This document shows positions 17,672 through 29,641 of a DNA stretch of 64,000 nucleotides, one piece after another. Both the position numbers and the translations under genes were made by a program. Each line of letters begins with the position of its first letter. Positions within the stretch are counted from its first letter, which is position 1. Source of the DNA: an uncultured Holophagales bacterium (GTDB lineage Bacteria > Acidobacteriota > Thermoanaerobaculia > Multivoradales > UBA5704); NCBI GenBank assembly GCA_963842525.1, contig CAWJGT010000009.1:1760001-1824000 (forward strand), in the 5' to 3' direction. The notes under the pieces are model-generated. The model was not told the origin of the DNA, ran no database searches, and worked only from the letters and a program-made list of their open reading frames with translations.

Positions 17672-19460
17672 CTATTTCTGCTTGCCCTTCGCCCCCGTTC
17701 TGGCTTTCGCCAGCAGCTCCTCGGCTTCCTGGCGTTGGCCGGCGTCGAGGGTGGTGGAGATGAGCTCTTCGAGGAGCTCGACGGCGGCCTTCTGATTGCC
17801 GGCGCCGATGTATTCGATGGCGCGGTTGTAGCTGTCACCGAACTGGTTGTAGTTGAGGACGTAGCGGATCTCGTCGAGCCGGCGCTGGAGCTCGTCGCGG
17901 CGGCGGTCGGTGTGGGCGCGGGGGATCAGGGCTTCGAGCTGCGGAACGGCTTCCGCCAGCTTGCCCTGGCCGATCAGCCTCTCGACCTGCTTGCGCTCCG
18001 CGAGGAGGATGGCATCGCGCGCCCGCTCGACCATGTCGGGAGCGCGCGGCACGAGGACCTTTTCGATCAGCTCTTCGGCTTGGGCGCGCTCGCCGGCCTG
18101 GGCGTAGGCCAGCGCGAGGTTGAAGGCGAGATCGATCCGGTCGGGCAGCAGGCGGTGGGCGGTCTCGAAGACCTGGGTTATCTCGGTGGGCGAGGGGTCC
18201 ATCAGGCTCAAGGTCTGGGCGAGGCGGCCCCAGGCCTCGGCGTAGCCGGGCTGCAGGGCGACGACCCGCTCCAGGGCGGCCCGGGCCTGCGGCAGTCGGA
18301 TGCCGTCGGTGTCGGGCTCCAGGAGGTTCACGGCGAGGCGGAAGTGGACGGCGTAGTCGTCCGGGGCGACGCGGGCGGCTTTTTCGTAGAGGGTGTGCGC
18401 CTCGTCCCGGTGGCCGGACAGCTCTTCGATCCGGCCGAGGCCGGCGAGGGCCCGCGGGTGGTCCGATTTCTGCGCCAGGGCCGCACGGAAGTGCTCGGCC
18501 GCCTCGCCTGTCTGCTGCTCGTTGCTGGCGCGCAGCAGCAGCTCTCCCAGGCGGACGAGGGCGTCGGCGTGCTCCAGGGGGCTCACCTGGATCGCGAAGT
18601 CCGACTCCGCGCGGACCGGCTCGGCGCGGACCAGGAAAACGGCGCGGCGCACGTAGGCCCGCAGCCTCGTCTCCAGCACGTGCTCGTCCGTGCCGAGGAG
18701 GCGGCGGAGAGAGTCCGGCCCGGCCTTGCCGCGCGCCACGTCCTGGAGATAGCCGAGCATCCGCTGCCGCTCGTCCGAGTCCCCGTTCAACAGGTAATGG
18801 ACCAGCGCCCAGGACTGGGCGTAGAAGACTCCCCGCCGGTCCCCTTCGTTGTAGTCCGGCGAGCTCTGGTCCACGGCGAACAGCTCGCGCAGCGGGATCA
18901 TCGCGTGGCGCCGCAGCCAGAGGACGTGCTCCCGGATCGCCGTGCCGATATGCGCTTCGGTCGCCCTGACCTGGAAGGTGCTGTAGTACTCGGACAGCCC
19001 CTCGTTGAGCCAGAGCGGCAGGTCCACATAGTTGGCGCGGAGCACGGAGTGCAGGTATTCGTGATAGGTGATGGCCGTCTCGTCCCCCTTGGGATCGCCG
19101 TTGATGACCATGTAGTTGACTTCCGGGTGGGAGATGAAATAGCCCTGGCCGGCCAGCGGCTTGCCCTGGTAGAGCAGCTTGTAGGAACGGAAGGACGCGT
19201 CGTTGCGGAAGACGTAGATATAGGTGGGCTGGGGCGAGCTGCAGCTCGAGGTCCGGGTTGATCTGCCCCAGGGCCGACCGCAGCCGCTCGAGGTCGGCCG
19301 CGATGCGGCGGGTGTTCTTTTCCCCGGAATTGCTGAACAGCAGGAAGCTCGGGCTGCGGACCTGGATCCAGGGCTCGTCCGGCGACGGCAGGGCGAGGGC
19401 TGGGCAGGAGAGGAGGGGAAGGAGGAGGGCCGCGGCGCGCAGAAATCGTGAAGCTGACAT
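17672..19460 (-). CDS. Secreted DUF1570/gluzincin-like + TPR protein (frameshift ~19240)
   Basis: Signal peptide, YHEYLH...PLWLNEGLSEY, FYAQSWALVHYL, C-terminal TPRs. Confidence 0.75.
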
Positions 19461-19501
19461 CGATCGGCTCCGGATGAGAAGAGAGATTCGTAACTCCCAT
19501 G

Positions 19502-19605
19502 AGGGACGGAAAGGACAGCAAGGACTCCAGGGTCAGCAAGGACATGCCGGAGGCTCGCTCTTCGGTTGTTGTCGTTGCAGTCCTTGGTGTCCTTGCTGTC
19601 CTTTC
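19502..19605. repeat. Inverted arrays of a 9-bp unit (AAGGACNNC / GTCCTTGNT)
   Basis: AAGGACAGCAAGGACTCCAGGGTCAGCAAGGAC versus GTCCTTGGTGTCCTTGCTGTCCTT. Confidence 0.7.
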
Positions 19606-19626
19606 CCCGATGCTACAGTCCCCCTC

Positions 19627-20961
19627 ATGCTCCGCAGAGTCCTCGACGCCTACCGGCAGGCCTATGCCGGCCTGCCCGGGCCGGTGTGGCGGCTTGCCGT
19701 GGCCACGCTGGTCAACCGGAGCGGCACGATGGTGCTGCCGTTCCTGGCCCTCTATCTGACCCGCGAGCAGGGATTCACCACGATCCAGGCGGGACAGGCT
19801 CTTGCGGCCTACGGCCTTGGCGGAGCGGCGGGCTCGTTTCTGGGCGGCTGGCTGTCGGACCGTCTCGCGCCCTGGCGGGTGATGGTGGGGAGCCTGACGC
19901 TGCACGGGATCGGCTTCCTGGTGCTGGAGCACGTGCAGGGCCACGCGGCGATCCTTTTCATGGTCCTGGGCCTCAGCCTCGTCGGCGAAGCCTTCCGGCC
20001 GGCCATGTCGTCGGCCATCGCCGCGGTCACCGCGCCGGACGAGCGGCCTCGCAGCTTCGCCCTCTACCGGCTGGCGATCAACCTCGGCATGACGTTCGGT
20101 CCGACGGTGGGCGGCTTCCTGGCGGTCCATGACTATGCCTGGCTGTTCCGCGCCGACGGCGTCACCTGCCTGCTGGCCGCCGCTTTCCTCCTGCTCTCGT
20201 TCCGCCGCGGTGGGATGGCGGCGCGGGTCGTGCCCGAGGCGCAGAGGGTGGTGGGGATCTCGCCCTGGCAGGACCGTCCCTTCCTGGCCATGCTCGGCCT
20301 GCTGTTCCTGCTGGCGGCCATGACCTTCCAGATCGCCAGCACCTTCCCGCTGACGCTGCGCGATCACTATGGAATGTCGGAGGCGTGGATCGGGCTGGTG
20401 TTCGGGATCAACACCCTGGTGATCGTCCTCTTCGAGATGGTACTGGTCCACCGCCTCGAGCAACGGGATCCGCTGGCGATCGTGGGGTTCGGCGCCTTCC
20501 TGTTCGGCCTCGGGTTCGCGCTCCTCCCGCTGGGCTCGACCTTCGCCTTCGCCGCCTTCACGGTGCTGGTCTGGACGGTGGGGGAGATGCTGAGCTTTCC
20601 CATCGTCTCGGGCGTGGTCGCCAACCGGGCCGGAGAGGCGAACATGGGGCTCTACATGGGTCTGTTCAACCTCTCGTTCGAGGGGGCCTATGTGGTGGCG
20701 CCGCTCGCCGGCACCTGGATCTACCAGCGCTTCGGGCCGCTGGCGCTCGGGCTCGGCTGCGGCGTCCTCGGCCTGGTGCTCTGGGTGGGATTCCAGGCCC
20801 TCTCGAAGCCGATGCGGCGGAGGCCCTCACTCCCCGGCCCCCTCTCCCAACCGCCCTCCCTTCCGCCGGGAGAGGGGGAGGACAGAGTCAACCGATCTGG
20901 GGAGGCGGAGGCGGCTCCTCGTGCAGATGCAGCTTCCGGTAGCCCCGGTTCCAGTAGATGA
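19627..20961 (+). CDS. MFS transporter (C-terminus runs through a family A repeat arm)
   Basis: Many hydrophobic segments, GWLSDRL motif A, LAINLGMTFGPTVGG. Confidence 0.9.
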   Translation: MLRRVLDAYRQAYAGLPGPVWRLAVATLVNRSGTMVLPFLALYLTREQGFTTIQAGQALAAYGLGGAAGSFLGGWLSDRLAPWRVMVGSLTLHGIGFLVLEHVQGHAAILFMVLGLSLVGEAFRPAMSSAIAAVTAPDERPRSFALYRLAINLGMTFGPTVGGFLAVHDYAWLFRADGVTCLLAAAFLLLSFRRGGMAARVVPEAQRVVGISPWQDRPFLAMLGLLFLLAAMTFQIASTFPLTLRDHYGMSEAWIGLVFGINTLVIVLFEMVLVHRLEQRDPLAIVGFGAFLFGLGFALLPLGSTFAFAAFTVLVWTVGEMLSFPIVSGVVANRAGEANMGLYMGLFNLSFEGAYVVAPLAGTWIYQRFGPLALGLGCGVLGLVLWVGFQALSKPMRRRPSLPGPLSQPPSLPPGEGEDRVNRSGEAEAAPRADAASGSPGSSR

Positions 20962-21403
20962 GCGGCGGCGCGCCTTCCTTGGGGACCGCGCTGGCCTCGA
21001 CCGCGCCGACGTAGATGGTGTGCGAGCCGGCGGGGTAGCGCGCATGGATGCGGCAGTCGAGCCAGGCCAGCGCATCGACCAGGACCGGAGCGCCGGTGAC
21101 CCCCGTCGACCAGGTCCCCTGGGCGAAGCGGTCCTCGTCCTTGACCCAGGCGAAGCGGTTCGACAGCTCCGACTGACCTTCGCCCAGGATGTTGACCGCG
21201 AACACGGCGTCCTCCTCCTGCAGCAGCGGATAGGCCTTGTGACGGTTTTCGATGATGATCATGATGAGCGGCGGCTCGGCCGAGACCGAGGCGAACGCCG
21301 AAACGGTGAGGCCGTGGATGCGCTCGCCGGCCCGGATCGTCACGATGGTGACGCCCGCCGGGAAGTGGCGCAGGGCATTGCGGAATTCTTCGGACGAGAT
21401 CAC
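20888..21403 (-). CDS. Flavin reductase family protein
   Basis: FRNALRHFPAGVTIVT, SVSAEPP, GSHTIYVG, PLIY. Confidence 0.92.
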   Translation of the reverse strand: MISSEEFRNALRHFPAGVTIVTIRAGERIHGLTVSAFASVSAEPPLIMIIIENRHKAYPLLQEEDAVFAVNILGEGQSELSNRFAWVKDEDRFAQGTWSTGVTGAPVLVDALAWLDCRIHARYPAGSHTIYVGAVEASAVPKEGAPPLIYWNRGYRKLHLHEEPPPPPQIG

Positions 21404-21572
21404 GCGCGGCTCCCTCCCCGGGCATGGACGTTTGACTGCGCGGGCGATTCTCCCATACTCTCCGGCCCCCGCGATTTCACGGCCTTCTCAAGTGCCGGCC
21501 CGGCTTTACTGCCGGTCTCTCTCCGTCTAAGCTAGACCCGGTCTTCGGAGGGCTTCTAGGGAGATCGACCGC

Positions 21573-22974
21573 ATGGCCGCTAAGGGCAGGACGCGCGAGG
21601 GGTGTGCCGTTTGGCTGCTGGCTCTGGCTCTGGCTTCGTCCGGGCTCACTGCTGCTCAGGAACCGCAGGAGCCGGAGCAGCCGTCCGAGGAAGAACCCGC
21701 GTCCCTGCGGCCCGGGCTGAGCTTCGGCCTCGAGGTGAAGGCGAATTTCCGCCACAGCGAGCTCAACCGCTTCCCCGTCCCCTTTCCCTTCGAGCCGTCG
21801 CAGCTCCCGCCCGGTGAGACCCGGGGCTTCGAAGAGACGGTGAACGAGGGGTCGCATCTTGAAGTCTCGACCGTGACCCTGCTCCTGGACGCGGTCTGGG
21901 GAGACGGGCTCGTGGCCCACGGCAAGGTGGATTTCATCGACCTCTATGACCGCAATCCCACCTCCGCCGACAGGAAGGTCGACGTGGACGAGGCGTGGTT
22001 CCGGTTCGGCGTCGAGGCCGAACCCGCCACCCTGCCGGCGCGCAGCGGCGTCTATCTGAAGGTGGGGAAGCTTCCCAAATTCGAGCGGCAGGACGACCGG
22101 CACCTGGAGAGCTATGGGCTGGTCTCGACCGCCTTCAACCGCTTCGAGGACATCGGGCTCGAGCTGGGCGCGAGCTTCGGCCGCCATCTCTACCTCAAGG
22201 CCTCGGCCACCCAGGGCAACCCGGTGTTCATCCGCGACCCGAACGCCCTGGCCGGCGACAACGGCACCGACGACCTCATCCGGTTCCCGAACCCGGACCC
22301 GGAGCTCGAAGACGGGCGTGGTGATCCTCTACGACGCCGAGGTGGAGGACGTCGACACCGACGGCGACCTGGAGCTGGGCGGCGGCCTGGGAGTGCGTTT
22401 CGCCGACGAGGCGGGGCAGCGCGGCTTCGACGTGCTGGCCTGGGCCTACCAGCGCAAGCTGGCGGAGACGGTGGAGCTGGAAGGCACCTTCTACGGCGGC
22501 GACATCGACCTGCTCAACGGGCCTTTCGACCTGCCCAGCACCCGCTTCCCCCAGCTCTCGGGCGACGAGAAGCGGGAGCTTGGCGCCAACCTCTGGCTCT
22601 ATTGGGGCGGGCTCACATTCTTTTCCCAGTACGTGGACCAGGAGATCGCGGGCCTGCCGCGGACCGGGATCGAAGGGGAGCTCGCCTGGAGCTTCGACCT
22701 GCCGCTGGTCTGGTCGATCGGCGAGCACCAGCTCTTCACCTTCGTCGCCCCCGCGCTACGGTATTCCAAGCTGGACAACGACTTCCGCAACCCTGCGCAG
22801 ACGCCGTCCCCGAGCCTCAACTGGGACTGGGAGAAGCTCGACGCGGGCGTGCGGCTGGGAATCGTCCCCGGGGTGGAGCTGACGATGGAGTACGCGGACA
22901 ACCGCTTCATCCTCGGCTCGGGGGCCAAGAGGGAGAACAACGAGTTTCTGGCCACGCTGAGGTGGAAGACGTGA
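21573..22974 (+). CDS. Putative outer-membrane beta-barrel protein (frameshift ~22312)
   Basis: Signal peptide; VDEAW...LKVGK porin-like strands; C-terminal EFLATLRW. Confidence 0.6.
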
Positions 22975-22976
22975 GG

Positions 22977-23205
22977 CCTCACCCCCTGTCCCCCTCTCCC
23001 ATCTCCCTTCCACCCCCCGCCGGGAGAGGGGGGACGTGGTTGAAGCCGATTGCCGATCTCCCCAGACTCGTAGAAGCACAGCATGCTGCGCCCGAAACGC
23101 CCCACCAGACCGCGACGGACCGGAACCGCCACATCCACCCGCATGCGTCCCCCCTCTCCCGGGGAAGGGAGGGTGGGAGATGGGAGAGGGGGACAGGGGG
23201 TGAGG
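22977..23205. repeat. Family A palindromic element between translationally coupled genes
   Basis: CCTCACCCCCTGTCCCCCTCTCCCATC ... GATGGGAGAGGGGGACAGGGGGTGAGG. Confidence 0.9.
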
Positions 23206-23876
23206 TCCTTCTCGCCGCCCTCCTCCTCGTTCTCTGCCTTCCAGGTCTGGCCGCCGCCGAGGATCTCCGTGGCACCGTGCAGCTCCTGGCCAAGGGAGGC
23301 AAGGGACCGGCCCGTGGGGTGGACGTGCGGCAGGCGATCGTCTATTTCGAGCCGGCCGGAGGGGCGACGGTGCGGGCGCCGGCGGCTCCCTTCACCATGG
23401 CGACGCGCAAGAAGCAGTTCGCGCCGCGGGTGCTGACCGTGCCGCGCGGCAGCAAGGTGCGCTTCCCCAACGAGGACCCGATCCTCCACAACGTGTTCTC
23501 GGTCTCCCCGGGCAACGCCTTCGACCTCGGCCTCTACAGGCAGGGCGCCGGCAAGGAGAAGGAGCTGGACGAGCCCGGGCTGGTGCGGGTCTTCTGTAAC
23601 GTGCACCACGATATGGTCGCCTATGTCCTTGTGCTCAATACGCCCTATTTCGCCTCTCCGGGAGCGGATGGGACGTTCATCCTCACCGGGCTGCCCAGGG
23701 GGCCGGGCCGTCTGACCGTCTGGCACGAGCAGGCAGATTTCATGACTCTCGATGTCCAGGTTCCGGCATCCCAGCCGACGGTCGCCCGGCTGGAAATCGT
23801 CCGGCCGCGGGTTCCTCCACATCTGAACAAGATCGGTCTGTCGTATTCCAAGCGTGACCGCTACAACCAGCCCTGA
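23200..23876 (+). CDS. Cupredoxin-like / carboxypeptidase-regulatory-like periplasmic protein (start needs a 1-nt correction)
   Basis: FPNEDPILHNVFS, FCNVHHDM (His, Cys-His-Met ligand pattern); signal VLLAALLLVLCLPGLAAA. Confidence 0.75.
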
Positions 23877-26497
23877 CCGCAGGTCCGGCCTGTCCCTCGG
23901 GACGCGGATCTTCCTGATCACCTCGCTGCTGATCGCGCTCTCCGTCGGCTCGGCGGTCGCGGTCACCTCTCTCCTGATCCGGCGGATCGCACGCGACACG
24001 GCCCTCGAGGCCTTGAAGAGCAGCGCTGCCGTGCAGGCCACCTTCCAGGACCAGCGATACGAGCGGCTGCAGCTCATCTCTCGCCTCTTTGCCGCGGACC
24101 CCGCGCTGGTCGCCTACTTCGTCGAGGCCGCGGAGGGACAGGACATCGAGTCGCTGCGGGACCTGCTGAACCAAGGGCAAGCAGGATCTCGGATTCGACT
24201 TCGCCATCCTGCTCGATCCCGCCGGCAAGGCGGTCGTCCGTACAGACCGTCTGAATGTGACCGGGCAGGATCTGTCCCAGAGGCCGCTGGTGGCCAAGGC
24301 TCTGACCGAGTTCGAGGCCCAGGGGGTCTGGACGGAGGGGGATCGCCTTTATTACGCCGTGGCCGTGCCTCTCCTGAAGGACTCCACGCTCCAGGGCTTC
24401 CTGGTGACGGGCTTCGCCATCATCAAGCCCGATGCCCTGGAGGTCAACGAGATCAGCGGCGCCGACGTAGCGTTCGTGGCCGGCAGCGAGGCGATGCCGC
24501 GTGTGGTGGCGACCAATCTGTCCCCTTCCATGGAGCGCAGCCTGATGACGGCCCTGGGCTCCAGCCAGCAGATGATGGACCGGGCGATGGAGGGAGGCGA
24601 GAAGCCTGCCGAGAGGGAGCTGGACCTGGACGGGGAGCCCTGGCTGGCCTACGAGACCCCGTTGCTCGACGCCGCGGGCCGCCCGGTGGGAGGGACCGTT
24701 GCGCTCGCGTCGGTCGAGCGGGAAATGGCGGCCTACCGGCAGATCCAGACGGCTCTCCTCGTAGCCGGCCTCGCCTCGGCCCTCGTGGGCGGCCTGCTCG
24801 CCTTCGCCATCGCGCGACGCACGCTCGGCCCGGTGCGCCGGCTGGTTGCCGCTGCCGAGGCCGCCCGTCAGGGCGACTACGGCCAGAAGATCGCCACCGG
24901 CCGCAACGACGAGGTGGGCCGTCTCGCCCAATCCTTCGACGAGCTCCTCGGGGACCTGCGGGAAAAGCGGGACATGGAGGCCTACGTCACCGAGCTGTCG
25001 CGCAACCTGCCGGAGCCGGCGGGGACGCGGGCCGTGGTGGGCGGCCCGCAGAGCCGGGAGTCGCTGCTCCTGGGCATCGAGCTGCGCGGCTACGCCCGCC
25101 CGGCGTCCAACCCCCAGGACACCCTGGAGCGCCTCGGCGCCGACCTCAAACGGGCGACCTCGGCGGTCGGGGCCCAGCGGGGCATGGTCGACGCCATTGC
25201 AGGCCACCGTCTCCTCGCGCGGTTCGAAGGGGAAGGCAGGGCGCGGCGGGCCCTGACCGCCGCGGCGCAGGTGCTGGGAGCGTACCCCGAAGGCGAGGCG
25301 GATGGCGCTCCCGACGCTCCTGCCATCGCCCTGGCCTCCGGCAAGACGGTCACCGGGCCGGTCTCCGTCGGGGAGCAGCTCGAGCGCGCCCTGGTCGGCC
25401 TGCCGGTGCAGCAGATCGACAGCCTCCTGCGCGAGGCCGCGCCGGGCGAGCTGCTGTTGTCGCGCGACGTCTACGAGGAGCTGCGCGGCGCCTTCGAGGC
25501 CGCTGGCTACCAGCTCGCGGAGCGCCGCGGCATCCTGAGCCCGCAGCCCTTGTATGCCGTGAGCTCTTCGATGGCCGTGCGCCTGACCGGCCTGCGTGGT
25601 GTAGGAGGCATGTCCGCAGTCGGCGAGGCCGCGGCGACGCCGGTGCCGGCCGGCGTGCCGACGATCTCCGGCATCGCGCCGGGAGCGCTGATGGGGCAGC
25701 GGTTCGAGATCCTCTCGGTGCTCGGCGCCGGCGGCATGGGCGTGGTCTACAAGGCCCGGGACCGCGAGCTCGACGACCTGGTGGCGCTCAAGATGCTCAA
25801 GCGCGAGGTCATGGGAGACCGCGGCCAGCTCGAACGGCTGAAGAGCGAGCTCAAGCTGGCGCGCAAGATCACCCATCCCAACGTGCTGCGCACCTTCGAC
25901 TTCGGCGAGATCGACGGCCTCGCCTACATCTCCATGGAGTACGTGCGCGGGGTCACCCTGCGCTACCTGCTCGACCAGACCAACCGGCTGCCGTACTCGG
26001 CCGGCCTGCGCCTGGCCAAGCAGCTCTGCGCCGGCCTGGGGGCCGCTCATGCCGTGGGAGTCCTCCACCGTGACATCAAGCCGGAGAACCTGATCCTGGA
26101 GCCCACGGGCAACGCCAAGCTGATGGACTTCGGCATCGCCCGGCCGATCAACCGCCTGACGCCGGGGCAGACCGAGGCGGGCTTCATCGTGGGGACGCCG
26201 CTCTACCTCTCGCCCGAGCAGCTCCAAGGGCGCGAGGTGGATGCCCGGGCGGATATCTATTCGACGGGCGTCGTGCTCTACGAGATCTTTTCCGGTGCGC
26301 TGCCCTTCGACGGCGACGATCCGATGGAGATCCTGTTCAAGCACCTGCGGGAGACGCCGCCGCCGCCGAGCGGCCACTGGCCCGAGATCCCGCCCCGGCT
26401 GGAGGCGATGGTTCTGCGCTGCCTCGCCAAGGAGCCGGACGAGCGGTACCGCTCGGTGGACGAGCTGCTGCACGACCTCGAAGGACTGAGCGCTTGA
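23854..26497 (+). CDS. Membrane sensor: periplasmic Cache-like - HAMP - degenerate class III cyclase - Ser/Thr kinase (frameshift ~24175)
   Basis: Two TMs, HAMP NDEVGRLAQSF, kinase GAGGMG / VALK / HRDIKPEN / DFG / SPE. Confidence 0.85.
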
Positions 26498-26516
26498 CCG
26501 AGATGAGGGCATTGCC

Positions 26517-27691
26517 ATGATTGCGCCCGACAGAAGGCCTTCCATTCCTGAACCTGCATTCGACCTCGAACGGAGGCTCGTCGAGCTGGAGATGCTGCTG
26601 GAGATCGGCGCCAGCCTGTCCAGCACGCTCGATTTCCCCACCGTGCTCGAAATGGCCCTGGAGACCGCCGAGCAGGTCTGCAGCGTCGAGACCAGCTCCA
26701 TCTGGGAGCTCGACGAGGAGAAGCAGGAGCTCTTCTTCCGCGTCGTCCGCGGCCGGGCGGCCGGCGAGATCCGCAACCTGCGGGTGCCGGTGGGGCAGGG
26801 GATCGTGGGCAGCGTCGCCCAGACCGGCATCGCCGAGGTGGTCGACGACGTGACCTCCGACGGCCGCTGGCACGGCGACGCCAAGGGCTTCCGGACCCGC
26901 TCGATCCTGACCGTGCCGCTCGCCGTCCAGGGAAGCGTGATCGGCGTGCTCCAGCTCCTGAACCCTGTCGGCCGGGAGCACTTCTCCGAGGGGGACCTGC
27001 GGCGCATGAAGCTGTTCGCCGGCGTCCTCGCGCCGGCGCTCCAGAACGCCCGGCTGCACGCGGCGCAGCAGCGGCAGTTCCTGAGCATGGTCACCGCCCT
27101 GGCCGAGACCCTGGACAAGAAGGACCCCTACACCGGCGGCCACGTGCGGCGGGTGGTGAGCTACTCGATGCTCCTGGGGGCCGAGATGGGGCTCTCGCGC
27201 GGCGAGCTGCAAGGACCTGTGGCTCGCGGCGACACTCCACGACATCGGCAAGATCGGCGTCCCCGACCGCATCCTCGGCAAGCCGGCCCCGCTCGACTTC
27301 GACGAGGCCGAAATCATGAAGCGGCACACGGTGGACGGCTCCGAGATCGTCTCCCACCTCTCCAACCGGAGCATCTTGGCCGGAGTGCGCAACCACCACG
27401 AGAGGCTGGACGGCCGCGGCTATCCCGACGGCCTGAAAGACCCGGAGCTTCCCGCTGGTGGCGCGCATCATCGCCGTGGCCGACACCTACGACGCGATGA
27501 CCACCAGCCGCCCGTACCGGGCCGGCCTGCCGCCGGAGAAGGCGGCCGTCGAGATCATCGCCGCGGCCGGCACCCAGCTCTGCCCGAGGGTGGTCGCGGC
27601 CTTCCGCTCCCTCTGGGAGAGCGGCCGTTTCGACCTCGCCAACAGCGAGCCGGTCCTGCGCTCGGTCTACGAACCCGTGCCGGCTAGGTAG
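26517..27691 (+). CDS. GAF + HD-GYP phosphodiesterase (two frameshifts)
   Basis: GAF (TRSILTVPL), YTGGH, HDIGK in a shifted frame, HHERLDGRGYP, VADTYDAMT..RPY. Confidence 0.85.
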
Positions 27692-27702
27692 GCGTCGCGT
27701 CG

Positions 27703-29106
27703 TCAAGGGGTGACGACGATCGTCTCCTCTCCCTCGATCGTGGTGCTGCCCACCTTGACGGTGGCTTTGATCGTCACTGCGCCCGGGGTGGTGCCAACAG
27801 GGGCGATCATGTTCGCCGTCGCCACCTGTCGAGCCGGTGTTGTGGTCGTCGTGGTGCTCGGCTTGACGTCGCGGAACAGCAGACTCTTGCCATCTTTGTC
27901 GACGGCAGTGAACTCAACCACGGTGCCCTCCGTCACGGTGCCCACATCGCGGCGCAGGTCGGCGGTGATCGCAACCTGTGTGGTGCCGTCGGCCTTGATC
28001 GTGCTCGCGGCCGGATTGACGATGATGGATTCGGGCAGTGCCCGTACGAAGGGCAGCGTCGTCTGAGCGGTCGAACCCCCGGCCGTGGCGCGCAGCACGG
28101 CTGTGACGATCCGGGAGTCGGCCCGGAGGTCGACAATGGCCCGGTTGCTGGCGTCCGCCGTGGCGGTAGCCTGCAGCAGAGTGCCTGCGGTGGTCGTGAA
28201 GGTGACGGTACGGTCCGCCTGCGGCAGCTCGGGCGGCACGGTGGCGGTGACCTGAACCACAGTTGCGCCGTCCGCCGGAGCCTGTGATATCGAGGTCGAA
28301 ATCTGGATGAGGCTCGAAGGGCCCGGAGCCTCGAATCGTATCGTGACGCGGTCTACGGCCTCGGCCACGCCGTCGAGGGTCGCCGTCACGATCGACGTCT
28401 CCAGGGTCCTTGAGCTGACCAGGTCGGCCCGTGCGGTGTTGTCGCGTCCCGCGATCACCTCCAGCGTCGAGGGCGGCCCGGCGCTGCCGTTGACCAGTGT
28501 CCCCTTGGTCGCGGAAAAGATGACCTTGCGGCGGTCCGACGGTGTGTCAGCACTGATCGTCGCCACCAGGGTCGTCCGGGAGAATCCGTCGGCGGGAATG
28601 CTTGCCGAGCTGGCGGTGAGCTGGATCGTGGTCGGGCCGGCGGTCACGAACTGGACTTCTGTGTGCGCGGTGACAAGAGTGCGGGTCCCCTCTTTGACCT
28701 TGGCGTCGATCGACGCCGTCTCCGCCTTAGTGGAGCTCTTGAGAGTAACCTTTGCTTCGGCACGGAAAACCCCCTGAGCATCGCGCACCGTAGTGGCCTC
28801 CACCGTCATCGCGGTGGACGTGCCCGTTGGGGCGCCGACGAAGGTGCCGGTCGAGGTGGTGAACTCCACCGTCCGTCGGCCCTCGGCGGCAACAGGGCTG
28901 AGCGTAGCCGTGATCACGGTCGTGGACGAGCCATCAGCGGTGATGGAGGATTTGTCCGGCTTCAATGTGAGTGTGTCGAACACGCCAGGTGCAGTGGGGG
29001 AGAAGGCGTCGGGATCGTACCGGCGCTCGTTGCATCTATTTCCAAGCGACACGACGGCCAGGAGCGACAAGCCGGCCAGGATGGAAAATCTCCTGTTCCA
29101 TCTCAT
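27703..29106 (-). CDS. Exported protein with ~4 bacterial Ig-like (Big-1/invasin) repeats, possible lipoprotein
   Basis: Repeated S-I-x-ADG...V-x-F-T-T-x-x-G units; N-terminal hydrophobic stretch followed by Cys. Confidence 0.75.
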   Translation of the reverse strand: MRWNRRFSILAGLSLLAVVSLGNRCNERRYDPDAFSPTAPGVFDTLTLKPDKSSITADGSSTTVITATLSPVAAEGRRTVEFTTSTGTFVGAPTGTSTAMTVEATTVRDAQGVFRAEAKVTLKSSTKAETASIDAKVKEGTRTLVTAHTEVQFVTAGPTTIQLTASSASIPADGFSRTTLVATISADTPSDRRKVIFSATKGTLVNGSAGPPSTLEVIAGRDNTARADLVSSRTLETSIVTATLDGVAEAVDRVTIRFEAPGPSSLIQISTSISQAPADGATVVQVTATVPPELPQADRTVTFTTTAGTLLQATATADASNRAIVDLRADSRIVTAVLRATAGGSTAQTTLPFVRALPESIIVNPAASTIKADGTTQVAITADLRRDVGTVTEGTVVEFTAVDKDGKSLLFRDVKPSTTTTTTPARQVATANMIAPVGTTPGAVTIKATVKVGSTTIEGEETIVVTP

Positions 29107-29618
29107 TTCTTGGACATCTCCGAAAGCAGTTTTTCGACGGTTTCGTCGGACGGATTTCCGCCCTGCTCGAGGCGGGAGATCGTCGAGCGTGCCACACCGA
29201 TTCTGTTCGCGAGATCGGACTGGCTCATATTGTTGGTGGCGCGGAAGGCGGCGACAGCGGCGTGGAGGATCAAGACCTGACAAGAACCTCTTTCGGGAGC
29301 GCCTTTCGGGTTACCTGCCGCATCCAGCTCCTGGAGCGCCACATTGATCTGTAAGTTGAATGTGTTCGCCGGATTTCCCGTCGCACTCAGCGAGAGAGAG
29401 TCCGCATAATTATTTCCTGCTGGGGTAACCGGCCTTGGTCCAATCTGCATTTGCAGGCCCCCGCCGGCAAATCGGTACGGCCCATTCAAGGGAAGGGAAT
29501 AGAGGGTGGTGAAACGGGAGGGCGCGTCGCTACTACAGCCGAAAAAAAATTGGACGACCCCTCCCGCTTGGGGAATACTTTCGGGAGTGCACGTGATCGA
29601 ATTGCGATCCAGGTCCAT
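29103..29618 (-). CDS. Unknown beta-rich N-domain + C-terminal XRE-family HTH
   Basis: MSQSDLANRIGVARSTISRLEQG; AAGGAGG RBS; ATGA overlap with the downstream gene. Confidence 0.75.
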   Translation of the reverse strand: MDLDRNSITCTPESIPQAGGVVQFFFGCSSDAPSRFTTLYSLPLNGPYRFAGGGLQMQIGPRPVTPAGNNYADSLSLSATGNPANTFNLQINVALQELDAAGNPKGAPERGSCQVLILHAAVAAFRATNNMSQSDLANRIGVARSTISRLEQGGNPSDETVEKLLSEMSKK

Positions 29619-29641
29619 CACTTCCTCCTTACTAGCACGTG

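Noticed and set aside
21573-23876. 767-aa barrel-cupredoxin fusion in the ORF track
   Set aside because: Produced by a frameshift at ~22312 and read-through of a repeat; the barrel frame stops at 22974
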